From: Octopus sinensis
Lineage: Eukaryota
Reading direction: 5' to 3'
Assembly (NCBI RefSeq): GCF_006345805.1
Contig: NC_043005.1
Location: 69,502,001 to 69,566,000 of the forward strand
Length of the DNA stretch: 64,000 bases
In this document: in pieces, positions 23,201 through 37,921 of the stretch
Numbering within the stretch: position 1 is the first letter of the stretch
How the letters are laid out: each line of letters begins with the position of its first letter
The notes under the pieces: model-generated
The model's input: only the letters and a program-made list of their open reading frames with translations
Databases searched by the model: none
Told to the model about the DNA's origin: nothing
Translations under genes and position numbers: made by a program

Positions 23201-25337
23201 TCTGTTGACATCTATAAGCATATTGGAATTGAAAAAATACATGAATCATTTCGAATGCATAAAACATACACAGGTTTATTTCGACATCATATTTGGTTGA
23301 AAAAATATCGGAGAGAAAATATGTTAAGTTTCAGAGGTGTATCATTGCATATCTCGAAATTTTCGAAATACTAGTGCTTACAATTACGGCAGACATAGAG
23401 AAAGAGGGGAAAGTTTGAAAAGATATGGGTAACAAAAAAAAAAGAAATCATCTTTGAAAATCTGCGAAAAGAAATATTTTAGCCTTATTTATTTTGCTTT
23501 CTTAAAACTGCATTTTAATAATATTCTCTTTTAACTCATCAGGTTCACTCTAAATATTCACGAACGCCTCTGATAGCTATAAAGTCATCGGGTACACATG
23601 ATACTGTATTTTATAAAACTGCACGAAGAAATTTTCAACAATAGCCTTCTTGAATAATTTGCCCTATTCATTTATTCTGAATATGACTATAAATTCGTGC
23701 AATTATGGCTATATGCATGCATGCGCAATGTGTATGCACGTGTGTGTATGTGTGTTTGTATGTGTGTGTTTGTTTATGTGTGTGTTCCTGCATGTGTATA
23801 AGTATATATGTGCGTACGCGCATATACTTAGGGTATGGATATATGCGTTGACAAAGTAAACAAATGTAAATTCTTGAACTACTTCCTAAGGAAATGACAT
23901 TTGAGGAACATTGAAATATGTAGAATAGATTCTTTATTTGAATACATCGTGTTCTATCATGCTAATATCCTGTGAACATAATATTCTCAAAGATCGATCA
24001 TTATCAAATGTAAACATATATTAAAAATGATTAGTGTATTTAATCTAATGCAAGCCATAACACGTAGCAATGATATCTCGACACACCTTTGCATTCATCC
24101 TTAAACATTTTATATATTTATATATTTTATATATCCCTAAATACAAAAGTCATTTTTTTTGTCTTGAGTAATCCATTCTACCTCGTAATTTAAATTATTT
24201 CACATATTCACTGCGTTATCTATTGACAGTACCAACGAAAGGTACCCATCCAGGGAATGCTATTGAAGTAAGGCGCTCTAAAACATTAGTTTTAATTTTT
24301 TTTTTCAAATGTTCCCAGATATAACTATTTTATTTCGTGAGAGTATGATTTCTGACATCCTTGAATAATTTCTCCCATTTCTATTTCTGTAAAAATTTGA
24401 AAACTTAAGATTACGTTTGAGTAATATATTTCTTCAATATATATTAAGTAATGTGCTGGTTACTTTTTAATTAAAATAGTTATTCCCCAATTGTTACAGA
24501 GAATTTTTAAATAACTATCTAATCTGAACATTCATCTCTATGAATTTTCGGAAGTGTTTGTACATATGAGGCTACCTTAAGGTTTCAGAATTATGTTTAA
24601 CCTAATATTTATTATAATATCAGCTCTCTACATCCAAATTAAAATAGTGGTATTGAACTCATTTTCTGATATCAGTAGAACTCGATTCAACTAATATAAT
24701 GTCACCATTACCTTCTAGCCGAGCCGTCAGTAAATTTATCAACGTAAAGTATGGCCGAATATACTATTTCTCCCAGAGATTAGTACCACGAAAAAGGTAA
24801 GTCTTAGGCACAGAACGTAAGTAATATATTTTTATTTTAGTGTAATTCATTCCGGATTTGCGTCATATATTTGGGCTTCACAATGACTTCTTACTAATAT
24901 TATATGAAATCATTGATTACTGAATACTAATGGAAAAATAGCAATATATTCACTAATATGCTGACAGATGCACAATTTAAACTATTATCAATGGTATCAG
25001 GATACTACTGATAAGCCGCCAGCAACAAACGTCATATATTACAGATATTGGCGGTAATATTCTTTCACAGTCGAGAATGTCTTAGATGAAAGGCAATGGT
25101 ATTTATTTTTACTTTCATTTTTACTGCATTCAGCCAGAGGCAGCGGCCATGCTGAGGAATCGCCATTGGCATATTGTTAAAGAATTCACGAGCAAAAAAA
25201 GGCTTTCTTTGATTTCGTAATCCACGCTTGAAGGTATGCTGATAACTAAGAAGTTGAATACAACTGACTTCGAAGAAATAAGTTCAATGCACGCAATTCT
25301 CATTATCATATACATACGTACATACATACATACGTAC

Positions 25338-25414
<77 letters not shown>

Positions 25415-25444
25415 CTGCAAGTATGTATATGCATTATATATACG

Positions 25445-25485
<41 letters not shown>

Positions 25486-25651
25486 TACATATATAAATAT
25501 AATGGTGGGTAATGCATGCATTGAAATTATTTCTTATCCATGTATGTATGTGTGATATGTGCATGTGTTTAATCTTATATACTTACCAATATACCCCGTG
25601 GGTTGACTTTTGCGTCTACGACTACTATTATTAGCAATAGTAGTAGTAGTA

Positions 25652-25684
<33 letters not shown>

Positions 25685-26256
25685 TTAATGGTGATTAAAA
25701 TAATCCGTAGAAAGCAGCAACGACCACAAGGGTAGCAACAGCAAAAACACCTTTATGTAGACGACTTTATATGGAATGAAAGCGCTATTTGTTTATTGAA
25801 CTAATTTGTTTGCGAGAAAATCTTTTCGTCATCGCAAGATATCGTAGACGTTCTTGCGTTGGTGATCCTCACTCATTATTCGATCCCTTGGCACTGACAT
25901 GAGAAATGAGAATACATTGATAAGAGAACAAATACCTCCCTAAACATCACTGCACTGTTTCACCTTAGGATGTATAAAATAAATCTCCTTTCTATATGTA
26001 TTGCTTACGACGGGGCAGCAGTTGACGCTATGAAATTCGTATTTAATAACATAAGAATTCACGATTTCAAATCGATATGAAAAACAATTTGATTCATTTT
26101 CATTTGTTTGCAATTTAATGCTATATTGTGTTAATCAATGTTATGTGTTATTATGCTTGCGACAACAAGGCTTACGTTTTCACATAATAATTCATTATTC
26201 TATTCACTTTAAGACTTCACTTCCTTCTCCTCTTCTTTATCATGCTCCTCTTCCTT

Positions 26257-26288
<32 letters not shown>

Positions 26289-29200
26289 CAACAACATCAT
26301 CATATCATCATCATTATCATCATTATCATCATCATCATCATCATCAACATGTGTATCATCACCAACAACAGCATCAATCTCCATTGCAGCACTTTAACCA
26401 TCGTTATTCTCAGCGCCACAAACGAAAATGCCATTCTATAATTAAAGTGAATTTATGCATGATTATGTTTTCCTGTTCGTTCGAATTTTATATACGATCG
26501 TTTTAAATATCCTTTTTTTATTCTTCTAAGTGAACAAAATCATAATCATTTTATTTCATGTCAACTATAATAAACCTTCAGATATTGTTTTGCCGCTGAC
26601 ACTTACCATCTGATTCTACTTGAAAGCTTTGTATAGAAAATACTTTATTCAAAGCAGATCTCTATTTGTTTTGAAAGTATTAATAATATATTTGAGTTTC
26701 ATATTACCCTATTAATATTGTAAGGATAAAATCTGTAAAGATCATAGCCTATCTCTGAAATGATGGGAAATTTCATCTTTTGATGTAAACTATGTTATAA
26801 ATTATGTTCATTCTATTCATTACCGTCTACTTGTATTACAGTGTTTTCAGTTTAATTGTAAATAAACCGAGTCGTAATTCAACATTTGTTTAAATCATAA
26901 AAGCCCAGTTGAGTAAATCGTGTATATATCGTCCATGTTTCTGTCATTAGACACCTATTCTGCCAAACATTATGTACTTATTTCCCTACAGCTACATTCT
27001 GTGTCGCGAAAAAGTCCTTCTGCATATATATATCTACTCACTCTAGATTTCCCTAGTTATACAATTACACTATATTTATCTTCCTTTGTGCGGCTAGAGT
27101 TATCAGAATATATTTTCAAGTTAATATGCCCAATCACTGAATCATCACTGAAGAGAAATTGTCAGGGCATCATCTACTGCTCTGTACCAAAACCCTGACA
27201 ACTACAGCACTCCGATATTCATGCCCGAGTAGCGCACATACTATCGACTGTAGAGATATCCAACAGCATCGAAAGAATTTGTCCCGGTACACATGAGCTT
27301 TGAGTACGTTCGATTAACCTTCTTTTTCGCTATTTATCAAAACCATGCAAATTCGAAGAAAACGACAAAAAACGCCGCCACAGTAGAAGTTATTCATAAG
27401 ATAATGATTGGATTAATGTTGTACTGGGCTTTCCTAAATCAAAAACAGCTTTTAAGAAGTATTCCTTGGTATATCTTTGTATGTCGACTGAACAACCTTC
27501 CTTGTGCATTTTACAAATATATTCTAGTGATGAAGTGAATGTATCTGTTAACCATTGAGCTTTCTCATATTGCAATATGCCTTCATCTATTCATATACAT
27601 GTAACTCCAATCTAAGTTCTCTGTAATGCAGGTCAGGGTTATTACTGTTCAGTAATTCAGAACAGATCTCTATTTGTTTCTAGAATGTTGATAACGTTTA
27701 TGAGTTTCATGTTACCACTTTTATATTGTAAAAACCATAGACTATCGCGTTCGAATACCGCCTTAGCAGTATTTTCTGAAATTTTGCCGATGTTTACACC
27801 GAAATTCTTTATAATTTCGCTCAGAATGAATGTTCCGACGACCATTTTAGCAGCCCTTTGAAGTAATTTTTAAAGACTTCATGATATATATTTTTAGTGG
27901 AGATTTCGGAACAATCGTCACTTTCATGGGTTTGGTAACATCGTTGTAAAGAATGTACAATTCTGATCGGATATCGATCTTCAGCTAGAGTCTGAATTCC
28001 ATTCGAATTTTCTTTGCATTCGTGTATTACTGCAGCAATAATACATATTTGTGCAAAGACTTCGCGCTTCGAAAACTAGGAGTACCGGGCAGCAATGAAA
28101 TAAGAGATTCACCTTGAATGTTTTGGACGTAATATCGCCCTTTGTATCCGAATTACTATATGGGCATTCTTCCCTGCCGAATTCAACCACTGTCTATTAA
28201 TTGTAAGCAATTGGAACTGATCAAGTTTTCGGAGTGTTTCTTAAATTATATTTATGAACATGATGTGTATTTCCCGGTGAATTTTCTCTTCACTTACGTG
28301 TGTAAAATTGCGTAATCATTTAACAAGATTTGCTTTTCACAGAAAGAAACACGAATACCTGAAAAGGCCAATTAAGACGCTTTGTATTTGTATAAGAGTA
28401 TGTACAAAAATCACTATTCTACCTTAACGTTATGTGAATAATTAAATAGGAATATTTACATAAGCCTAATCTAGTTGAAAGAAAACTTCTATCCGAGCAG
28501 AAGGTAAAGAAAGAGATGAAGTTGTGTAGCAATACGATGAGAATTATCATTCAATCCATTATTAATGTTTGAATGTGAAATATGAAACTCGCACTATTTT
28601 GTTTATTTGTACCAGCCTTGGTATTGTAATTGCTAGTATGTTGGAATATTGTATGGGAGTTATATATGTGCAGCATTCAGAGGCAGTATACGCTTGTAAT
28701 TTTCATCTTGTAATGCAGTTGTGTATCTCAAATGTTTTCAGATATGTAGTATTGTTTGGTATATATCTAATAACTATATACATAAGATAACACGCTTTCT
28801 ATATCTAGTTATATATCCAATAACTCCATGCATAAGTTAACACGCATTCTATATCCAAGTAAATACAATTTACATTTGTCAGTTTGTTTCTAATTGCATG
28901 TTTAATAAAAAGCCATGATTTTCCTGCATCCACCTGTCTGAAGGTATAAGCAGCATTGTATTGTGCACTTTATTTTAAATGTCCTTATAAATTGCCTTTA
29001 TAGGAAAGCAATATTTTTCCTCTGTTACTAAATCTTAATAATTACCTTGCTAAATCTTACGCCATGCCCCAGAATTGATTATTAAGATATCATACAAGTA
29101 ATCTTCTGATTCTTTAAATACGGTCATACATAAAGCATAGTTTTTAATAGATAACGTTATGTAAGTATGGTACACGGTGAATACAAAATTATGAGCATAA

Positions 29201-30039
29201 GGTAATTAAGATTATTAGTAAATAGATATGAGCTACTTGTAATTGTGAACTTGGAATAAAAAAGAATCTGTTAGTGTTCAATAATGCTAAAAAATATAGG
29301 ACATGTTTACTTTGATAGGGCGTGTGTTGTATTCATATAAAATGAGACCCTAACAGGAAACTGTGTGCAGGGGAACTAGATTAGATGGTAAGTTTCGCAA
29401 ATAATAAAACATATAATGAATATTAACATAAAATAAATAACGCCATATTAATTTTGGAAGTACACCTAAGTTATATCTATACAACCTGGGATTTTAGGGG
29501 CTCCGTTAACCTGGAGGAGTGTCTACTTCATTTCTGCACTGCTAGCGTTATGGCATGGACACTTTGCACATGTACAAACCATTGATAGTCAAACATGTCA
29601 GCATTATAAAATAGTTGCTCACGTCATCACTTGAACCTAGATGTGTTAAAGCATTTTGTGGTTTGTTTGAAGTCGTGCGTAGGTTTCTTTGCATAATGAT
29701 TAGGCAATGACATGTTCTTTCTTATGATACGTCAAAAGTTTTCGTCTATTTTTCTTTCTTGTTGGGCCTTCTGCCTCATGGTATTTGAAATCTTCGCCAA
29801 AATGAGAAACATTTTTCTCTTCCACTATTGCGTTATTTCCATCTTTCCATCTCATTAATCATAGTATTACCTCCAAATATATCTTCAATGTGGTCATCAC
29901 TATCATTAGAGTTCTTTCCAACAAAGTTCAAACTGTCACTTATTGGTTAGTCTGTTGTCATTTACATTCTCTTTTCCATGTTTGCTACTAGATGAATGAG
30001 GAGCAATGCTGTACCAAAACGTTTGGAAAATAGATTTTA

Positions 30040-30385
30040 ACAATCATGATGACCATGCGGTTAGCATGGGAACGACATGGTTGCGATACCAACAGTTTTA
30101 TTCTATATCAAAAAAACATACGCTAGATAGTTAATGTTGTGTCACGATATTGTTTCGGTTACAAAGATTGTATAATCAAATTGTGTAACAAGAAAACAAA
30201 AGCAACTTTATACATGTTCAACTCTAGCCGTTTTGAGTTTTGTGAGCGATTAACAGGATAACTTTTTAGGAAACTTTAACACATTTCAGAGAAAAATATG
30301 CTTACTTTGAAAAGTTACGGGGAAAAATACACGAATGGCTAGCTCTCAGAGACCGCCATATATCGAGGCATAATAGGGTTAAAAA
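30040..30385. mobile_element. Possible piggyBac-type MITE end
   Basis: Segment terminates in AGGG-TTAA at ~30377-30384; a matching opposite end was not found. Confidence 0.25.
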
Positions 30386-30509
30386 TTAAGTATATATTCT
30401 AATTAAAAATAATGCGATTAAGATAATATGAAAATTAAGAGAGCAAATAAGACATTTTGCTAGGGACCAATTTTAGTGCAACAAATGTGTTTGTGTAATA
30501 GACACATGT

Positions 30510-31206
30510 ATCAAGGCTCTGCCGCACAATGTCCCGACTTGGTTCGATTGCTGTTGCTTAACTGACTTGTGATGCATACAAGGATGTATTATATAATTTC
30601 GATGCATATAATGATTTATTAGATGTACAGTTAAATAGCACAACCTCAATTTCCATGAAACATCTTTTAATCTTCCTGTTTGGTGCGATTGCGCTGGAGT
30701 CATCTACTTTGAGCTGCTTCCAATTAATGCAACAATTACTGCTCACACCTATTGCGAACAATTAGAACATTTGAAGAAAGAAAAAGGACTGCTTAGGCAT
30801 ATTACAATTGTGCGGTGTTTCATCAGGATAATGCTCGGCCCCACACTGCAAAGATTACATCGGAAAATGAAATCGAAGAATAGGTCTGGAAAACATTCCA
30901 CGCCCGTCTTATTCCCCGGATCTCTCTCTTCTGATTACCATTCGTTTAGAAGCTTACAGAATAATTCAGATGGATTAGTATTTGAAAGGCGGAAAGACGT
31001 CGAAACTGACCTATCGTCCCTTTTCTCATCAAAACAAATGCAATTTTTCACCAACGCTGTTATTAAAAATACATATGATGAGTATATTGCAAGAAGTCAT
31101 CGATAATGATGGGAATGATGTATAGAATTAAATTTTCATAAAATGTAAAATTAGATCACTCTTTTTCCTTACACACAATTCGGACATTACAGGGATAACC
31201 TGATAT
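30510..31206 (+). mobile_element. Internally deleted mariner element
   Basis: HQDNAR-like block and SDYHSFRSLQNNSDG...LSSLFSSK C-terminal motif; degenerate TIRs near 30510-30545 and 31172-31206. Confidence 0.7.
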
Positions 31207-32133
31207 ATAGGTATAGTTGTATAGTTGTAAATTTACACGGACATAAATACAAACAAACACACGCACATAAGCACATAAGCACACACATTAGATAATAAAG
31301 TATAGAAGATTCCAGACACGAACGGCACACATGAAGGTAACCTAAGTGTTTCTACTCTGCAAAACTCATAAAGGAGTATTTACAGAAATGCGCTGCAATC
31401 CTCGATGGAGAAACTGCCTAGAGTCGATAGAAGATAACTAACAGATTCCATTTCCTTTTGTGTTCCGGGTTCACTCACACGCTATTACATATCACACACA
31501 TTTAAATTGAGAGCTCTTCCAAGTTTTGAAACGCCATTATATTAATTAAGAAACGTTTTCTAAGACTGACTACTAATGATTCAGCAACGTATTCCTTTTT
31601 CAGACAGGTTTCTGCAAAAATCTTGTTAATCAAAATTCGTCAGTGTACAAAATAAAAGATCAACTAAGTATCTACAGATGATACATAAATATCAAGTAGA
31701 GTTTTACATTCAAAGATTTACCAGGATCATCTGTAGAAACTGATTGATTGTCCACATAGGAATGGTGAAGACAGTGAATAATATAAACTGCCAAAAAGTG
31801 GAATGAATGAAATACATAGAAGCTGCAGATCGACGTTCTTGATCTTGATCAGAGTATATTAATTTCAAATATGTAATTTGTTGACATAGGCAAATATGTA
31901 AGATGATATGGAAAAACTGAAAGAGTGTGTGTATCGGAAGCTGTAAAAAGGACATGTACGCAGTCACGTACAAAAATAACATATACACACATATACACAC
32001 ACATAAGCCTCAGATGTGATTCGTGTAGACGCATATATCTAACTATTTATCTATGTTACCCCTTTTTCTGTCTCTCTGTCTCTCTACCTCTCTCTCTCTC
32101 TCTCTGTTTGTCTCCCTCCCTCTCTCTCCCCCC

Positions 32134-32165
<32 letters not shown>

Positions 32166-32478
32166 GTGTGTGTGTGTGTACAAACAAAAAACCCAAAGAT
32201 TCCTATGACCATGGAAATTAAAACATATCCGTATATTCCCCTTGGCCTGATTACCTATATTTTAAATGTATTTTGAACAATAGTAACAGAAAAATGTCTG
32301 ATATTTCTGTAGAGTATTATTTTTCTTTTGAATATTATTGTCCTTATTGAAACCATACGCGCACATATACCCAGGAGCATAGATATAGACTGCATACATA
32401 TATACGCGTGTCTGACTTCATGTATGTATTGATCTATTTGCGTTTGTTTGTGCATGCCAAGACATTTCAATACGCATG

Positions 32479-32516
<38 letters not shown>

Positions 32517-33489
32517 TGTGTGTTTGTGTTCGCTTTTAGGTTTTCGTATGCATGTGATTGCATATTGCATGAACAGTATCTATGTGTTATGTATAGATGT
32601 ATCAAGTTAGAAGTAAGATAACACGTCAAATGTAAAGAAAATTTATTGCAGGAGAATAAAAAGAAATGTATCTGCTAAATTTCGCAGAACAAAGGAAACA
32701 TTTGTAACTTGCAATTAAAAGTTTTATATTCCCTTAATGATGGTTCCCTCCTACGATATCACATCATTAATTATCAGTTACAAATTAGCAATAATTTCGT
32801 GCGATTCGTTATGTAAAATGCGACTAATACATGTTAGTGTGTACTGTTCATGTGACCGTCTGAATATGCTTATAGAAAAGAAGTCCACATGTCATGGAAA
32901 TAACTTTATGATATGTCGAAATACTACATTTAAGGAAAATTTTATAAATGCTACATATTATTTCCATTTATGTTGTGTTCATAATATTCTGTTTAAAAGT
33001 AATAGTAAATTTATATTGTTCTACTTATTCCTTACTTGAACTTATTTATTGGTATAGGGAGCGTCGAGACATTATACCATTTATTGTTAGGAAGAATTAA
33101 TTTTTTAAGGGATAACGGTGGGCAATAGGTGACAGAAAGAACAGAACTAAGAAAATTGAGCGATAAAGTTCACTGTTCTTCACAGTACACTTATGCAGCA
33201 CATAGTTTATAAATAATAAACTTTCGGCATGAATTATAATCTCTTTTCGTTCGTTCTTCTCACTATTGACATGAATATACAACTGTTTCTTTTAATCCCG
33301 AAGCCGGAATGGAATTTTTAAATGAAGCAATATTATTTGTTCAGTCAGTTTTTAGAACGAGTCGGGAAAATAAAACGCAAAACTTATATGTTTCATTGGG
33401 ATTCAAGTTTTCAAATCTGATAAGTAATCTCTTGCATGACATATGCCTATATTCTCCCCATTAACTAAATATATTCGCAATGATAGCTC

Positions 33490-33685
33490 CTTGTACTATA
33501 GGTGCCAGGCCTGAAATTTTGGGAAAGTGTGCTTCTCGATTGCATCAATGCAAGTGTTTAGCTGGTGTTTACTTAAGCAATCCGCCCCAAGAATGAAAGG
33601 TAAATTCGAGATCGGCGCAATTTGAACTCAGAACGTAAAGGGAGGTGAAATGGTACTAAGCATTTTGTCCGGGATGACAACATAT
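33490..33685 (-). mobile_element. Degenerate SINE family B copy
   Basis: GAATGAAAGGTAAATTCGAGATCGGCGCAATTTGAACTCAGAACGTAAAG...ACTAAGCATTTTGTCCGG. Confidence 0.7.
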
Positions 33686-35147
33686 CTTCTTTATACTAAT
33701 AACGGACAATAGTATTATTGGTATCCTTATAATTATTATGGCTACAAACTATCTTACTTAAATATAATATTAATATAAATCTTACATAAATAAATTACGT
33801 CTAATTCTATATGTAAGATATATTTGTGACAACTACCAAATCTGCTTCTGGCATATTTTGTCTGGTAGTATACTGCAATGTGATTTATAAAATATATAAC
33901 GTAGTGTTTTAGTTATTTTTTGTTGAAGTTTCCCTTTGCCTTATTATATACCCAGGACGCATGTGTACGTAGAATATTAAGTGAAATTCAACAAGTTGTA
34001 GGTGGTCGCTGACATTTGCATGTGTGCTTTCGTAAAAAGCTTCTTGAAGTAAACATATCCCATAGAGACTTAGAATCAGCTCGTATTGTCAATACCATTA
34101 AGAATGATTTAAATATAATATTCTGTAGCCGCACTACAGTTTGGTTACTGGTAGTTTAGAAGACACAACTTTATCATGAGAATAGGGATTCGGTATGCAA
34201 AAATCAACAAGCCTATGTTTTCGTTTCTTGTCGATAGCTGATAATTTAGGAAATGTTGTTGGCATCCGACAGGACTTTATTCAATAATTCACTTCAGAGA
34301 AAAAGTATTGAAAAGCAGAGCAGTAAAACGCTGAAGTAAATGTATTACGGAATGTAAGCTTAGATCTCTGCGTCACGAACTGCAACTCGATTAGCTACCA
34401 AAAATAATAACTCTCTACCATTACGTTTCACCAAACTACAAAACCGAGTTACATTAGACTATTGGCTAACTATGTAGGATATTGCAACTACTACCGAATA
34501 TAATGATTTATTTCGTTCACAAATGACCATCTGGCAAACTTGCATGCTTTCAGCTAGAATCTACTCTCAGTTGTATCAAGGCGGTTTCTCCCGCTAACCA
34601 TATACTAGAAATTGAAAAGAAAACGTTAGGCTAAAATACTCATTCTCTGACATAAAAATACATCGTCAGGGTTATTGCTGGAACGGATTCTTTCAAAGTT
34701 ATGTTCGGCATAAATACACCAGTAGAACTCTAACTTGTATATTTCTACGCATCCTATAAAATATCACATCTTCAACTATAACATAAAATATCCTGTTAGA
34801 TGGTGGTTTGGAATCTATCGGAAAATATGAACAAAGCACTCTTACTAGCAGGGAAGAAACATTGCCTCGCATCATAGAACATAAAGTGAATTTGTAAACG
34901 CTGCAAAAACCTATTCCTGTAATTGGCACACATCAATAATCGAAGTCAAACTTACTACTGTACAGGTACCATGTCCACTTTGAAATTGCATAATTTTTAT
35001 CGCACTGCTTCTTCGATATGCATGTGCATTCTAGCTTCTTAATATAAATATGCGCTGATATATTTATACATACATTTCCGTATATATATATAAGCAAATA
35101 AATAAATGAATAAATATTTATATATACGTATATGAATGTAAGTATGC

Positions 35148-35178
<31 letters not shown>

Positions 35179-35224
35179 TATACATATATAAAGAGGGACT
35201 ACATTTCCACGCAGGAAAAAATAC

Positions 35225-36388
35225 TGGCAAATTTGTCGTTGAAAATGCAAATTTGAGAAACCTGTAATTGTTTAAAATAAATGTATTTGCATTTCAACAA
35301 TATTTTTTGTTCATCAATAGTAATAATTTAAAATTATGAATTTGAAAAAGACATCCTTAAAAGTTTCAATAGTGACAAAATAAAATGTTCCTAACAGTCA
35401 ATAATATTAAAACAGTTCGTGTATCAATATGCTTCAACGTATCAAAGTCATTAACGTTATTAGTAGTCGACAAGGAATGAATACCATCAAAGTTTCAGTC
35501 ATACTGAGTTAAGAAAAAAAAACAAGGTAGAGATGAAGAAAGTAAAAAAAAAGGGATTTGATTTACAGTTTCTCTGACCCTCTTTCCAACGTGTGTAGGA
35601 ACTTCCACTTGTAGTGATTGTTTTGGAATCCGGTATATTAATAATTTTTCCCCGATCGGATCTGATTTTTGATTTGTTAAAAAAATGGTGACGTCTTGTT
35701 TTTCCGGTGGTCAAGTATGTCGTTCTGCCTGGTTGGCCTCCATGTGGGGAACGGTCAACAGGTTGGTTGATACTCTTAAAGGTTCATTCTGTTGTATTTG
35801 CTGAAGTACGGTTTTGATTGGCCTAGATTTAAGTGATGCCAGAAACTGTTTTTTGTAAAATGTCGTTGGACTCGAGAGAGGTGACATCGGCAAATTGTGT
35901 TAGTATGTTATTTGGAGTTTGCTGTCTCGAAAACGTGGTGGAAGACTTACTAAAAAATGTTAAACTCTTTGTGGTTTCTGGTTGTTTTTCTGTGGAGAAA
36001 TTGGGTGTATTTCTTCTTTTTCTCTTAAGTGTTTTTTTCTTCTTTCTCAAGGATATTGAGCTGTGATTTATATTTTTAAATAAGTAAGCTTTCATTATTT
36101 AAACGGAATTGGGCTGAAATGCTTCGGGTGCATTGATATAGAGGGACGATTTGGTATTTCGGGTTTATGTTCACGGGGTACTAATGTAGGTGTTTGCTTA
36201 CGTGAGTAAATTTTTTGCCAAATTTAAAACTTTTAAAGATGTTTTTCTAATTCATAATTTTAAACTTTCAACACTGATAAGCGAAAAAAAACTGTTGAAA
36301 CTAGTTCGGAATATATATAAATAAATTTATTTCAAACACTTACAAGATTTTCAAATTTAGGTGCATTTTCAACAGCAAATTTACTTGT
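35225..36388. mobile_element. ~1.16 kb element with long imperfect terminal inverted repeats (non-autonomous DNA transposon-like)
   Basis: 35225-35370 is the approximate reverse complement of 36225-36388 (e.g. AATTTAAAATTATGAATTTGAAAAAGACATCCTTAAAAGTTT vs AAAACTTTTAAAGATGTTTTTCTAATTCATAATTTTAAACTT). Confidence 0.6.
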
Positions 36389-36977
36389 CTTGTATATAAA
36401 TATCACCTACAACAAGAACTTAACTGTCAATTCCCAATGGTTTTAGTTCAAAGGGATGTAGACTACTTACTGCATTAGGGCTTTTGAATGTGATAATAAT
36501 AAAAACGAAGTAAGCAATACGCTCATTTCTTTCTTGACCCCCATTATTTCCTTCTGCTACTCTAAATTATAGTAGGATTTAGGAATTTTTCCCTTAAATT
36601 CATTCCACCTCAATAATAGCAAAAGGAGGTAATGTCTTTTAGTCTCTAGTACTAATGAAAAATTTGCTAAAAACTTATAATATCAGATACTGTATATTGG
36701 ACATCTATATGGTTCTACGCATCCAAGGAGAGCGGTTTATTTCAAGTTGATGCAATGTTTGCATTAATAGATTAAATGGAGTTGCTTCAAATGGCTGTAC
36801 TGCACTGATACCTGGATATCCTTGTTATTTATTTACTATTTATTCACCTTACCTCGAGTTGTGCGGATAATACTAGATGGACGTGGTGCATCAACTTACG
36901 TGCCTAATTCAACTGAATCTTAATCATATATATATATATATATATATCCACGCGCGCATGTATATATATGTATATAT

Positions 36978-37312
36978 GAAGGCGCATGGCACAGTGGTTT
37001 GAGCGTCGAGCTTACGATCGTGAGGTTGTGAGCTCGAATATCTGACCGGACTGCTGTTGTGTTCTTGAGCAAGACACTTTAATTCACATTGCTTCAGTTC
37101 ACTCAGCTATAGAAATGAGTTGCGACGTCACAGGTGCCAAGCTGCATCGGTCTCTGCCTTTTTCTTGGATATCACTGGTGGTGTAGTGAAGGGAGACCGG
37201 TAAGCATGAGGGACCCCTGGTCTTCCTTAAACAGCCTTGTCTTGACTTGTGTCTGGGAGGGTAACTTTCAACGTGCAATCCCATGGTCTGTGTCGTGACC
37301 GAAGGGGGTCTC
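36978..37312 (+). mobile_element. tRNA-derived SINE family C
   Basis: A-box-like TGGCACAGTGG, B-box-like GAGCTCGAATA, core TGTGTTCTTGAGCAAGACACTTTA resembling the MetaSINE-type core as recalled. Confidence 0.75.
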
Positions 37313-37921
37313 AGATATGCACGCGCGTGTATTTATCTTTCTATATGACTAAAATGTATTCTAGATTTCTCTTCTTTCAAACTTCATTCCAAAATTTGGC
37401 TCAACTTATTTATTAGTATGCAATTGGATAGGGTGAGTGTTATGTACGGTAGGTGGGAAACCAAGAGCTGACTAATGCAAAAATAAATTGTTAACGTGAG
37501 ACTACGATCAATGCCGTTGTTTTCATATTAAATTAAATAGCAGATCAATATTGGTTCAGTTACCATTTTCCTTGTCATTCTGTTGAAGCTCACTACAAGG
37601 CCAGGAGAAAAGTTTTACAAAATATTATGTGGCATTTAAATACATTTATTTGTTAGTATCTCAATAATTTCAAAGGAACAAATGGAAAGCTTTTAGAAAT
37701 GGCATCAGATGTTACTTAGAGAATGGTCGGAATTAATGAGGTGAAGAGGAAATTGATATAATCGCAGATACTGAATCCTTCATCTGGTGTATCCGAAATA
37801 CTGAACAATTAGAAGAAATCTGAACTATTGTTATGTAGGAATCGACATATCTAGATTATATTTGGATTACATGTTTAATCATATTTCAGCGATATATGTG
37901 AACAATTAATGTATCTGGTTA

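Noticed and set aside
25273-25535. 19-bp imperfect inverted repeat flanking a microsatellite
   Set aside because: Short, AT-rich and single-copy in the window; insufficient to call a MITE.
26118-26441. Poly-H/Q/I ORF
   Set aside because: (CAC)(CAA)(CAT) trinucleotide microsatellite.
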